Source: Chlorokybus atmophyticus (taxonomy: Eukaryota > Plantae > Mesostigma and Chlorokybus algae). From it: a stretch of DNA of 46,203 nt. The stretch's first letter is position 1. Each line of letters starts with the position of its first letter. Both the position numbers and the translations under genes were made by a program. The stretch covers positions 1 to 46,203 of the forward strand of contig RHPI01001464.1 of assembly GCA_009103225.1 (NCBI GenBank), given 5' to 3'. The notes beneath the pieces are model-generated. The model saw nothing but the letters and a program-made list of their open reading frames with translations, had not been told where the DNA came from and did no database searches. Below, in pieces: positions 9,859 through 21,784 of the stretch.

Positions 9859-12800
9859 CGTGACGGCCGCCCAGGCCTGAAAGTACGCAACAGAAGCAAG
9901 GGTTGATAGTCCACGACACGCAAGAGCAAGTAGGCAGGCAGGCATGCAATGGCGTCAAGCAGCTGCGTTACCTGTCCCGTGGCTGTGTGAAGAAGGGCGT
10001 TGCGCCGGCAGTGCTTATATACCCTTGGCCTGAGCTACTACGCCTGGTTCTCAAAACCGCTCGACAGCACGCCATGAAACACGTGCGTCCGTGTGTTGCT
10101 CGGCGTGGAGCTGCGGCAAGCTTTCACTCCTATAGCTACAATATAGCTACAATGGAGGCCCCGCACAGCCATACACGTGCGCAAAGCAGCAAGGCGTGCA
10201 TGCAACCAAGGCAGACCTAGGCCTAAACAGCCGCCTTGCACGTGCTGCATACCAAGAGCTAAGACTAGCTAGCACGACAGTATGCCGTGCATACGTGTCT
10301 GTGTGCTGCGGCGAGCATTACCGCCTGCCACGCTGAGGCTGAGCTGCCGCCGCCAGCACATCTGCGCCCGGTAATGAACAAACAACATTACCGGCAAGCT
10401 TTGCCCGCAGTCGCCTGCTTGGTGTCGCCACTCGCAACCGCTAAGCTTACGCTAAGCCTATTCGACGGGACTTCACAGAACCGGAGCATGTCGACGCGAA
10501 GATAGAGCCGTGAAGTTATTTACTACGCTGCGAGACAAACTTCTATGCCGCTAGCAGATGCCAATCGAACGGTAAAGCGGTGGGCCCTGCGCCCCTGGCA
10601 GGCTTGTAGCCTTCCATGCTGCCTTAATTCAATTAGAAGAAAGTCTGCGTGAGGAGGGGACACAACCGACTGAGATATCACGACAGACATCGATGCAACG
10701 CTTTAGGTTACAAAGTGGCGGTTGCAAGTGGGTTGGGACAGTCGCCACCAGCTGCGTATGCTGAACTGAGTTAGGTGTAGCCTACACCTATCTTTGGATA
10801 AAAGCACCGCGCAACATAGGCCTGAGTCTCGCCTACCGACAGCCAAGCAAGGCGCACGTTGCCAAGCAAGCACGCGTCGCGTCTCATTCTAAGACTGTGC
10901 CGGCCTTTTAGCCCACTGATCCCAAATCTGGCAAGCGCACGCACCAGCGACTTGCCTACGCAAGTAGGTGCTGTGGTACAACTCAGCTCTCACTCTACCT
11001 TTGCAATGCTTGATGTGTATTGCACATTTCCAAAAGTAATACGGTATCTTTACAATGCAAATCCCTTTGATTAATAAAGCCCCACTATGGTAGATGGATA
11101 TTTGCGGGTAGGGGGGTGGGGGGGTGGAGGGGGTACAATGCATACATTGGATGTGCGTACGATGTGTATAAGACCTACAATTGCTAAAGCAATGCTCTAT
11201 CAGCTTCTTGACGTGGCCTTTTTGTGAGTGTCTTTGACACTGCATAAGTGACTTATCGAGACGGGTTACACAGCCAATGTCGAATACGTCTTTGTTATGT
11301 TATGTTATGGCGTGGCCTTGAGTGCAATGTGGAGTATTGATGCCGATAACCAAGTGGGTGATATGGTTATAGCCGTTACGGGGATGTGGGACATCTGCTG
11401 CTCATCACTCGTGACCACCACGCGTGCATAAATGCGTCATGCAGCTATGCGCATCATCTAATGATATCATTGGATGATAATTCGATCTTGCAGGCTGCAA
11501 GCCGTGTGGGCATGGTCATCGGGGTTGCAATTGTAGTTCATATACGTAGTATGTATGAGCGGCGCATTGTTTTATATTATATTACGGCAATCATGTCATG
11601 ATGTTGTTCAATAGCAGTGCTTACATGCAATCCACATTAACACAAGCCACCGATATTGTAGCACCGCTAAAATGTGGATTGTATATGCGCAATGCTGCGT
11701 GATGGTCCGTGGGCTGCATGTAATGGCAAGGCCTTATTGCACATGTACAGGCCCTGCAATTGCTGTTCCACTGTGAGCTATAGCTTTCCTTTCGCGCACG
11801 AAAGAAGGTGGAGCGCCGCGGCGTGTTGGACAATGTAAACAACCCTGTGGCGATGCTGCATGATGTGCAACAGCGCGCGTACTTGTTCGCGCACGCCATT
11901 TTTATGATTATGGGCAACTTGTGCATTACCCAACACCGCAACACACTGGGCTACGAGCGCATACGCGGTGGATTCTACATTCCGTATATGTCTACAAGCA
12001 GCGCAAGCATCCCTTCAAAGCAGGCGACTACGTTTAGAGGGTCATACAATACACGTCTACTGCATGACCCAGACCCACGACGCCCTCGACATCATGACGT
12101 TGATCAGCGTCAAGCGGGTCATCTACAAGGTGCTTAAGGTGGTCACAAGTGCTGGACTTGAATGGCAACGACGGCGAGCGTCTTACCAGCATTATATGGA
12201 AAACCGTGCTCCATGTTGCTTGCCGCATGTTGAGAGCTTCGACGTGGTTGTGATACGCCATCCGCGCCCCAGCCGCAGTAAGTAGTGTGATAGGTGTGAC
12301 AGCGCCGATGATGATGCACTCATAAAGGTGTGCCATGGTTGCAACAGCGGTGGGCATGCACTACTATCTCGACCCTCCAACGGAGACAGTGTCATTGAGG
12401 GCTACCATTGTGAGGGCTGCCGCAAGCGTATCGCGTATCAACGGTCTTTCTCACTCCCGTTGAAGACTGCTCACAAAAACAGGGATTTTCAAGTTCATAG
12501 AAAGGGTGGCTTGTTGACGTGGTCAGCATGCACAATTGTGCACATCATCTGGGTGATTCATGTGTTGTTCATGTCATAACTCGTGTTCCCCATACACAAG
12601 CATGTACAGGCAGAAGGTATGCAGTGCCTTCAGCACTGTGCCGATTTAAATTGCAGACATTCCTGTGACTGACACAAGTAAATAAGATAAAATAAAAAAA
12701 GACTATCATAAGTTCTCATTAAGGCAATAGAGTTGGGATCGAGTCGAGGGAGCATAAAACCCCGCAAGGCCCGACACTGTGCATCAGCACATCTCATAAG

Positions 12801-14146
12801 CACTACACATGAAGCGGAATTCACACACAGCATGACTTACTACCATAAGTAAGTACTTAAGAGTGAGACGCCACGCCCTATAGGTGTGACAGGCGCAGGG
12901 CCTCCCACCATCACCGTAGAATGTGCCGATACCATGCGGCGACGCACATCAACTGGTATAAATAGTTCCTCATGACCCCCAGCACTTTTGCAAACCTCCG
13001 AAGCTGCAATGTGGACCCCGTTGCCTCGTATTTAAGGAGAGACCGCCGTTGTGAATGCTAATAGAGCGTGCGCCTTCCGTGCACTATAGGCTAGTAGTTG
13101 CCGTAGCCATTACGGGGTCGCCAGCTCCGCATGGTTTTGTGAGCTTCCCGCCTGACTCAGCTCGGAGCTGAATGTGTTGCCTTGCACACAACCTTCAATT
13201 TGCCGCTCAACACCTCCGCGTGCCACTTGAAGTGCGGACGCTTGCTCAAACACGCATTGTCATCATGGTCCGCCTTCTCGCGACAAATCCACAAGGCCGC
13301 GTTTTCGAATAGTGTTTGTCTATGTGTCCCGCCTCTTCCAAAGAGTTCAACCTTAAATACACTTTTTTGAATGAGTTAAACTGCAACACACTCAGGTTTA
13401 TTGCTCCTCGTGTCGTGCAGTTGTAATAACGTTCAACGTTGCAGCTATCACACACTATCATGCAATCCTCATGGACATGACTTGGTTATTGTAGCTTGCC
13501 CTCCATGGCGCCGTTGGTCGCTAGCTAGCAACTATAGTAGCACTATTATTCACGATTAACAACATCGGCGCGCTTGATAACTCCCAACCACTGCGTCGCC
13601 ATGCCCTCCAGTCGAGATAATGCTCTTCTCATAATCTTGCTGCCATTGGGCGTTCTCGGCTGCAATAAAGACGTCACAAAGCGTGTAGCTTGCGCCTTGA
13701 TGTGCTCTTCGCAATACGGTTAGCACCGCACGAGGCTTAAGGGAGGCTCCCTTCAGCCATCTTCCAACACAGGCACCTACCGCATCCATCTTCTCCGATA
13801 CAACCTCATACTTTGTGTCCTCCAATAATTGCAACTTCATCATCCTTCTGTATTATATGTATAGAAGCTTGAGGATGATCATGAAGGGGTCTCAACGTCA
13901 CATTCGGACATTCTTGAAGTACATTACTTTCATCATTTTTGCCGGCGTTAATTGCGGATATGTTCACATTACGACCACGTTGAACTCCACCACGGGCATC
14001 ACCTTCACCCACTCCTTCTCAAACTCTTGGCATGTTGCACAATCAGGGGGGACACTTTTGGTGCAACGTTTTTGAAGCTATTTACGATTTTCAACTAATT
14101 TGTGATTTGTAGAGTATTTGGAGGCCTCCTACAGCTACCGAGTTGT

Positions 14147-14500
14147 AGGAACCTTATTAACTCCCGTGCCTGCTAGCACAATATGTTCCTCCACACAAGT
14201 CGGCAAGATATGGGAGTTCCATCAACTCCACGCCATCGGCGCGCATCGAAAGTGAAAAGCGGCACACAATGTGGATGCATCCGCCAAAATTTCATCTAAA
14301 AGGCTTCACGCCATTGGCGCGCATTGAAAAGTGTAATGCAAATTACAGGAACTCTATGAACTCCCGCGTCTGCTAGCACAGTATGGTCCTCTGCTTTAAG
14401 ACATTAGGATATTGGAGATTTCTTTAACTCCACGCCATCCGCGCGCATTAAAAATAAAAAGCGGCACACAACGTGAATGCGTCCGCCGAAGTTTGATCTC
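14147..14500. repeat. Degenerate ~200-bp tandem duplication with three internal CACGCCATYGGCGCGCATYGAAA-like sub-repeats
   Basis: Units start at 14147 and 14347 (AGGAAC..AACTCCCG..TGCTAGCACA..TCCTC). Sub-repeats start at 14229, 14307 and 14431. Confidence 0.75.
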
Positions 14501-15490
14501 GGCGCATGGATAGGAAGCATGTGCGCTACCACTCGCACCATTAAAAAGGAAACGCAATCAAGGTGGCTAAATTGTATACATGAGCATTATGTTGTCATGT
14601 CGCGGCGATAGGATGCTTATTACCTTGCACATGTCACAATCATTTGCGATATGGTGTGGCCTAATTGGCAGGGCGTTGAGCTCACAGCTCAGGCGGCTGG
14701 GGCTTAAAACCACCTACACGCAGCAAGCGTTTCATGGTTGAGTTTTTCAGCAACCTGCGCGCCGAGCAGTGTGAGTTATTTGAACTTAAATAACTTGCAA
14801 GATGATGGGGAAGCGAATGTAAACGAGAATTGGCAATTTTTTAAGATCTCATGCCCGTAAATTGGAAGTAGCCATTTTCAAAGAATGTCCCCCCCGATTG
14901 TGTGACACGACACATGTTCAGCTTTACACACCTCAGGTGTATAAAGAAGGCTACTCTTGTCTTCAGATTCCTTTTTCACTCCCTCCACGTGCCAATACTT
15001 CATCCTTTAAGAACTTGTATCATTCAAAATGCTTTGTGCTCATTGTGCTCGCCAGGCCGCGCCGACCACGAACATGCGCGCGCGCTCCCTTCATCTTCTA
15101 CAAGGTGTCCATTTCATAATCAAATGATTATATTAGGCTCCTCCTCTGCAATGTCCTCGTGATTTTCCTGAAGTAGGCTTCACCGACTAGCTTGTCTTTG
15201 AAGTCTCCTTCGCTCAGCCTTCGAAAAAGTGAGCACCTCCTTCTCCGGCAACTCTTCCCTCTCCTCCAAGGTGACTTTAAGCTCCTTTAAACCAGCTCAA
15301 AACCTTGTTGCCATGGGCATTCCACGTCCTCCACAACCTCCACAAACACCCACTGCGACACCCGCACTGTGACACCTTTATTACAGGCGCAATATGATGA
15401 CGCCAATGAGTTCAACTGTTAACGAGTTCCACAACATCATTTGCGCTCAAGTCGAGCGCAAATAACAAGCGCGTGTAGTAGCCAACCCAT

Positions 15491-15670
15491 ACCAGTATCA
15501 GCTGTATATACACGCCTCAAGGCTAGCTTTGATCACTTTCAGTTTCTTTTTTACGTGGTAAATAACAAGAACTGAGTGAGAATTTGTCGTAGTCATGGTG
15601 TGTTTGTGACACAAACACACCAAGTGATTAAAGCCAGCCCTTGAGGCGTGTATATACAGCTGGTACTAGT
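15491..15670. repeat. 180-bp inverted-repeat (MITE/foldback-like) element
   Basis: Arms 15491-15538 and 15622-15670 are reverse complements, with 4 transitions, 1 indel and a 24-bp perfect core. A nested perfect 11-bp inverted repeat lies at 15598-15620. No clear TSD. Confidence 0.75.
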
Positions 15671-15736
15671 GCTCATAGTTTAGTCTTATGCATTTAATGT
15701 AGAAGAACAAAGCAGCTGCATGACGCACTGTCTGCC

Positions 15737-16408
15737 TGTAACAGTCAAGGCCAAATTCTGTGATTTTCATGGCCGTTTTAGGCCTTATTTGTAAGGTACA
15801 TGTTTTTAATGACTTGTAGCGGATATCGGCGAGTTATGAGTCTGCCGCGGATATCGACCGGGGCCCCAAGACCAGTCCGGAAGGTGCCAGAAAACGGAGG
15901 GCCAGTCGAGAAGGGCTCGACCAGATTTCTGGAAGGGCCTGGCGCCAAGTAGTATAACTTGACCATATGAGCAGCAAATTAGGAGATCTTTGGTGCGTTG
16001 GAAAGGTCTAGAAGTGTACTACAAGATTCTGCAAGAATATCTTAGCTTCTAGTTCCGTCTAGCGCTAGAATCGTCTAGACAGTAGCATGTGCAGACTGGT
16101 AGGTATAAAAGTGACATTCTACAACTTGCAATACAACCTTTAGCTCCCTAGTTTCTTGTGTGCAAGCTTGGTGGTGGTTAGCAGGGGTTGCTAGCGTGTG
16201 CCCACCGGTGTGTGCTTGCTTGTGTGACGATCCAAGGCGCTACACAAGTCGGTGTGTAGCTTCGAGCGCATGCGCGTGCGTACGCGAGTGGCGGGGCGCG
16301 CGTGTGTGCTTGGCAGAGGGGGCAAGGTTCCGGTGTGAATACCGTGTCTTGGTGAGAGGGTTGTGGATTGGACCAACTCACAGGTGACAAGGCACGAGCA
16401 CCGTCACA
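15737..16408 (+). repeat. 5' LTR
   Basis: TGTAACA...GTCACA. It matches 21113-21784 except for 5 substitutions seen by eye. Confidence 0.97.
16104..16110 (+). promoter_or_regulatory. Candidate TATA box of the LTR promoter
   Basis: TATAAAA lies mid-LTR in both LTR copies, at a typical U3 position. Confidence 0.45.
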
Positions 16409-16410
16409 AC

Positions 16411-16422
16411 TGGTATCGGAGC
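16411..16422 (+). promoter_or_regulatory. Primer-binding site, initiator tRNA-Met type
   Basis: TGGTATCGGAGC lies 2 nt after the 5' LTR. The canonical iMet PBS is TGGTATCAGAGC (one A>G difference). Confidence 0.85.
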
Positions 16423-16502
16423 ACGGTTTACGAAGGTGAGAGAGGAAGTGTGTGGGCGTTTACACTTTTCATTCGGAAGCGGAGTGTAGTGTGTTAGTGG
16501 AG

Positions 16503-17531
16503 ATGGAGGATGCTCGCATGGAAGAGCTTCAAGCTGCCATCTTGGCACTGAGGGAAGAGCTTCATCACACTCAAGCGGCGGCACAAGCACAACGCGAGGC
16601 GTATGAGCATGCGATGGCGCGTGTACAAATTCCCATGGCATCAAGCTCGCGCGTGCATGTGAAGGTGCCAAAGCCCAAGCCATTCAAGGGTCAACGTGAT
16701 GGAGATGCAGTGGATGAATGGATTTTTCAAGTATCGTCTTGGTTGAAGCTCACGGAGGTGCCCACGCATCTGCACGTGGAGGTTGCAGCGACATTGCTTG
16801 AAGGTGCAGCACTTGTGTGGTGGAGGCATCGATGTACGCGAGTTGCAAACGGGTTGGCGCTACCATTGACCACCATGGAAGAGTTGGCACTGGAGGTCAG
16901 GCATCAATTTGTTCCCGTTGAGAGCGTGAAGGCCGCACGCGACAAACTTGCAGCCCTTGTGCAAATGGGGTCGGTGATGGCGTACACGGCCGCGTTTCAG
17001 CGATTGGTGATGTCCATACCCAATATGACCGAGGAGGAGCAGTTGGACAGGTATACACGTGGTTTAAAACCTTTGGGGCGTAAAGAAGTGGAGCTACGGG
17101 ACCCGAAGACACTCGCGGAGGCTATACGCATCGCGGAGCGTCTCGACGCGTTGTACTTCAAGTCCACCACAAGAAACACTGACTGGAGGCAAAGGCATGG
17201 TGATCAGCCCCGGGGAGGCTTTCAACATGCATGGAGACGAGGAGAACCAAGTTCAGCACTTGCCAATGGAGGTGGAGCTGACTCTGGGCCTGCACCAATG
17301 GAGGTGGGTGCCATACACACGCATGGAAGTGAGGCGAAGCACGGCGGACGTGGTGAAAGAGGTAAAGGTGTGCGCAAGTGTTATGCGTGTGGGTCGACGG
17401 AGCATTTGGCGTACGGATGCCCCAAACGAAGCACGCAAAGGCCAACACCGGATGGCAACCCTCGCCGTGATCGTCGCGTCAACACCATGGAGCAAAATGG
17501 CGTGGAGCAGGAAAACGACTTCCCCCAGTAG
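16503..17531 (+). CDS. gag: Gag with CCHC zinc knuckle
   Basis: Open ORF containing KPKPFKG, ATLLEGAALVWW, GSVMAYTAAFQRL, YTRGLKP, PAPMEVG and CYACGSTEHLAYGC (CX2CX4HX4C). ATG at 16503 is the likely start. Confidence 0.93.
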   Translation: MEDARMEELQAAILALREELHHTQAAAQAQREAYEHAMARVQIPMASSSRVHVKVPKPKPFKGQRDGDAVDEWIFQVSSWLKLTEVPTHLHVEVAATLLEGAALVWWRHRCTRVANGLALPLTTMEELALEVRHQFVPVESVKAARDKLAALVQMGSVMAYTAAFQRLVMSIPNMTEEEQLDRYTRGLKPLGRKEVELRDPKTLAEAIRIAERLDALYFKSTTRNTDWRQRHGDQPRGGFQHAWRRGEPSSALANGGGADSGPAPMEVGAIHTHGSEAKHGGRGERGKGVRKCYACGSTEHLAYGCPKRSTQRPTPDGNPRRDRRVNTMEQNGVEQENDFPQ

Positions 17532-20500
17532 GTGAGGAGGCTACTGCTGGGGATAGGAAGGAGCCTCATGCACGGACGGATGCTGTGACATTTCCATTAA
17601 AGAAGCAAGAGGAGATGGCTTTGAACGCGCCAATGGTGGTGAGTTATGCAAACGAGGAGACAACAAAGTACTTCGGGCTTCGAGCACACATTTGCGATGA
17701 CCAAGGACGATGGAGAGAGTGTAAGCTCATGATTGATAGCGGTGCCAACAGCAACTTCATGAGTATTGATATCGCGCGGCGTTACGGTTGGCTTTCGTCA
17801 TTACGAGGAGGTGAAGTGAAGCTCGCTGATGGAGAGCCACCCTCTGGAGGTGATGGCGCTGCGTTTATGACCAAAGAGTTGTGCGTTCGCATTGGGAAGA
17901 TGAAGGAGAGCATGCGATTTTGCTGCATCACCCTACGGAACGGGTTTGATGGGATTTTGGGACTACCGTGGCTATGGCAACATAATCCAGCCATCAATTG
18001 GAGGAAGCGCGTGCTCACCATCGAGCGAAACGGTGGAGAGTCCATTCAAGCTGCATCGGACGTCATCGAGGCGCGGCACGCACAGTTAGGTGGTACAACA
18101 ATTCCCAGATCTCTTGTGTGCAATTGAGGAAGTTACTGTCTCCACGGAAGGCAAAGGCTGCATGGTTGTGCATGGTGCGCGAAAACACTGCAAAGTCAGC
18201 ACCGGAGCTGAGTGACGATGTTCAGACGGCTACTATGGACCCCGAGGTGTGTAAACTTGTTAAAGAATACCAAGATATCATGGTGGACGGACTTCCATCT
18301 GGTCTACCACCTCCACGGAGCGTAGACCACCGTTTGGAGCTGATTGAGGGCGTGCACAAGCCACCGTATCGACCCATATACAAGTTGTCACCTTTGGAAC
18401 TGGAAGAGGCCGAGAGGCAGGTGGCGGACTTGCTGGAAAGAGGCTACATCAGGCCTAGTAAGTCCCCCTATGGTGCACCTATTTTGTTTGTACGAAAGAA
18501 GAACGGGAGCTTGCGCATGTGCGTCGACTACCGAGCTCTCAACAACATCACGAAGAGGAATTGCTTTCCACTCCCACGTATCGACGAGTTGCTGGAGCAA
18601 TTGCAAGGTGCGCAGTACTTCACAACACTTGATCTTGCTGGAGGTTATCACCAAATTCGCATCGCGCCCGAGGATGTGGAGAAAACAGCTTTTAACACAC
18701 GTTATGGGCACTACGAGTGGTTGGTCATGTCCTTCGGACTTACGAACGCACCGGCAACATTTCAAACGCTTATGAACAGCGTTTTTGCTGACTTGATTGG
18801 TAAGGGAGTCCTCGTGTACCTCGACGACATTTTGGTGTACGCGACAACAAAGGAGGAGCACGTGGCACTTCTACGGCGCGTGTTGCAGCGTTTGCGCGAA
18901 CACAAGTTGTACGCCCAGCTACAGAAGTGCAAATTCTTGCTTCGAGAGGTGGAGTACCTAGGCCACATTGTGTCGCATGAAGGCATCAAGCCGGACCCCA
19001 ACAAAGTGCAGGTGGTGCGCGAGTGGGCTGCCCCGACCAATGTAAAGGAGGTGATGTCCTTTTTAGGCCTTGCGGGGTATTATCGCAAGTTTATCATGGG
19101 GTTTTCGCGCATAGCTGCTCCCTTGACTACCCTACTCAAGAAGGGAAAGCATTGGAGCTGGTCAGCAACAGAGGAACATGCATTTGCTGCGTTGAAGAAG
19201 GCGCTGACGGAGGCACCAGTCCTGGCTCACCCCAACATGGAAAAGACATTTATTTTGGCTTGCGACGCGTCCGACACAGCCGTAGGAGCTGTTTTGCAGC
19301 AAGACCATGGCAACGGCCTTCAACCAGTAGCATTCTTCAGCAAGAAGATGAGTGGTGCGGAGCTGAATTACCCCGTGCACGAGAAGGAACTTTTAGCGCA
19401 AGTCATGGCGCTACGACAATGGCACTGTTTTCTGGAAGGCAAAAAGTTCGTGCTTGAGACGGATCACTCTCCACTGAGGTACTTACAAACACAACCTCAT
19501 CTGAGTTGCAGACAAGCTCGATGGCTTGAGTTCTTTCAACTTTTTGATTTCAATATCAAGTACAAGCCCGGTACGTCAAATGGTGTTGCTGACGCGCTGA
19601 GCCGGCTTAATGCAATTGAGGCACTCGCTCAAGTGCAGCCCGAGTGGACCGACCAGATTCGGCAAGTGCTTCGTGAAGACACGGAGGGTATGAAAGTATT
19701 GCAAGAGCTGGAAAATACAGCTACGGACACAAGTGGGCACTGGTCAATGCGCGACGGGCTGCTGTGGCACCATGGGCGCTTGTACATCCCCAACGTCGCG
19801 CATATCCGTGTGAAGTTGCTGAAGGAAGCTCATGACGTGCCCATTGCTGGTCACCAAGGGTTGGAAAGGACTTTGGCAAGCTTAAAACAGTATTTTTACT
19901 GGCGAGAGATGCATCGCGATGTGCGCGACTACGTGGCGTTGTGCGACGCATGCCAAAGGGTTAAGGCAAGCAACCAAAAGCCAGGTGGGTTGCTGCAACC
20001 TCTCCCTGTGCCATTGTCCAAGTGGGAGCAAGTTACCATGGACTTTATCACGGGGCTACCAAAGACAAAAGAAGGGTACGACGCTATACTTGTGTTCGTC
20101 GATAAAACCAGCAAAATGGTACGCTTGGCACCGTGTAGTGAGTCTTGCACGGCACCGGAGGCAGCACGCTTGTTCGTGAAGCATGTATTTCGTTCTCATG
20201 GATTACCACGAAGCATTGTGAGTGATCGCGACCCGCGCTTTACAAGTAAGTTTTGGGAGGCGCTGCATAGTGCACTGGGTACCACACTGAAGTTTAGCAC
20301 GGCATTCCACCCGCAAACTGATGGGCAAACGGAGCGGGCCAACCGTGTGATCGAGGACATGCTGCGTTGCTACGTTAACGCGCGACAAGACAATTGGGAG
20401 GAGCTGCTTGAGTTGGTTGAGTTTGCGATCAACAACCACCACAATGCAAGCACAGGTGTCACTCCCTTCCTTATGAACTACGGGCAACATCCATTGACAC

Positions 20501-21117
20501 CGTTGACGGCATGGACACCGCGACGACATGACGTGCGTGTGGAGGCAGCTAATGACTTCCTTACAAAGTGCGCGGACATTAACAAGGCAGCTAGGGATGC
20601 GTTATTGGTGGCACAAAATCGGCAGAAGCAGTACGCGGACGCGCATCGCCGACACCTCACGTTTCAGGAAGGCGACATTGTGTTACTCTCCGCGAAGCAC
20701 GTCCAGGTGCGTACGGGAGTTCGCAAGCTGAATGAACGCTGGTTGGGACCATTTAAGGTCAGTAAAGTTATCTCGGACGTGGCGTACAAGTTGGAGCTAC
20801 CCGACACCATGCGTGTGCAACCCGTTTTTCACGTCTCCCTTCTGAAAACATATCGAGGACAACCGCCAGAAAGGCCACCCCCCAAAGTTGGCACGGACGG
20901 TGAACCCGAGTGGGAGGTAGAAGACATCCTTGGTGAGAAGTTTGTGCATGGCGTACGCAAGTTCTTAGTGAAATGGAAGGGCTATCCGTTGCATGAAGCA
21001 TCCTGGGAGCCAGAGGCACACTTGACTAATGCTCAAGACGTTGTGCGTGCCTATCTTGCTCGACGACAACCTCGCGAGCTTCGAGGACGAAGCTCACCTG
21101 GGGGGGGAGGAGTGTAA
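17510..21117 (+). CDS. pol: Pol (aspartic protease, RT, RNase H, integrase, chromodomain); in the -1 frame relative to gag and split by one further frameshift near 18030-18105
   Basis: Motifs: PR MIDSGA..ILGLPWL; RT PYGAPILFV..LRMCVDYRALN..YLDDILVY; RH CDASDTAVGAVLQQ..ETDHSPL; INT HDVP..GHQG..CDAC, MDFITGLP, SDRDPRF, QTERAN; GPF motif; chromodomain EWEVEDIL..FLVKWKGY..SWEP. Confidence 0.95.
21100..21112 (+). promoter_or_regulatory. Polypurine tract
   Basis: GGGGGGGGAGGAG abuts the 3' LTR. Confidence 0.9.
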
Positions 21118-21784
21118 CAGTCAAGGCCAAATTCTGTGATTTTCATGGCCGTTTTAGGCCTTATTTGTAAGGTACATGTTTTTAATGACTTGTGGCGGAT
21201 ATCGGCGAGTTATGAGTCTGCCACGGATATCGACCGGGGCCCCAAGACCAGTCCGGAAGGTGCCAGCAAACGGAGGGCCAGTCGAGAAGGGCTCGACCAG
21301 ATTTCTGGAAGGGCCTGGCGCCAAGTAGTATAACTTGACCATATGAGCAGCAAATTAGGAGATCTTTGGTGCGTTGGAAAGGTCTAGAAGTGTACTACAA
21401 GATTCTGCAAGAATATCTTAGCTTCTAGTTCCGTCTAGCGCTAGAATCGTCTAGACAGTAGCATGTGCAGACTGGTAGGTATAAAAGTGACATTCTACAA
21501 TTTGCAATACAACCTTTAGCTCCCTAGTTTCTTGTGTGCAAGCTTGGTGGTGGTTAGCAGGGGTTGCTAGCGTGTGCCCACCGGTGTGTGCTTGCTTGTG
21601 TGACGATCCAAGGCGCTACACAAGTCGGTGTGTAGCTTCGAGCGCATGCGCGTGCGTACGCGAGTGGCGGGGCGCGTGTGTGTGCTTGGCAGAGGGGGCA
21701 AGGTTCCGGTGTGAATACCGTGTCTTGGTGAGAGGGTTGTGGATTGGACCAACTCACAGGTGACAAGGCACGAGCACCGTCACA
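21113..21784 (+). repeat. 3' LTR
   Basis: 672-bp copy of 15737-16408, followed by the TSD CTGCC. Confidence 0.97.

Larger units (their letters stand above)
15737..21784 (+). mobile_element. Ty3/gypsy LTR retrotransposon, chromovirus type, full length
   Basis: Two 672-bp TG..CA LTRs and a 5-bp TSD CTGCC (15732-15736 and 21785-21789). PBS and PPT are present. Domain order is gag-PR-RT-RH-INT-chromodomain. Confidence 0.98.

Noticed and set aside
11106-11133. G-run tract able to form a G-quadruplex
   Set aside because: Such tracts recur (for example 8888-8912 and 45615-45638) and there is no evidence of function.
16641-21019. Many short antisense or off-frame ORFs within gag-pol, and similar ones within the LINE
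   Set aside because: They are shadows of GC-rich coding sequence, with no motifs of their own.
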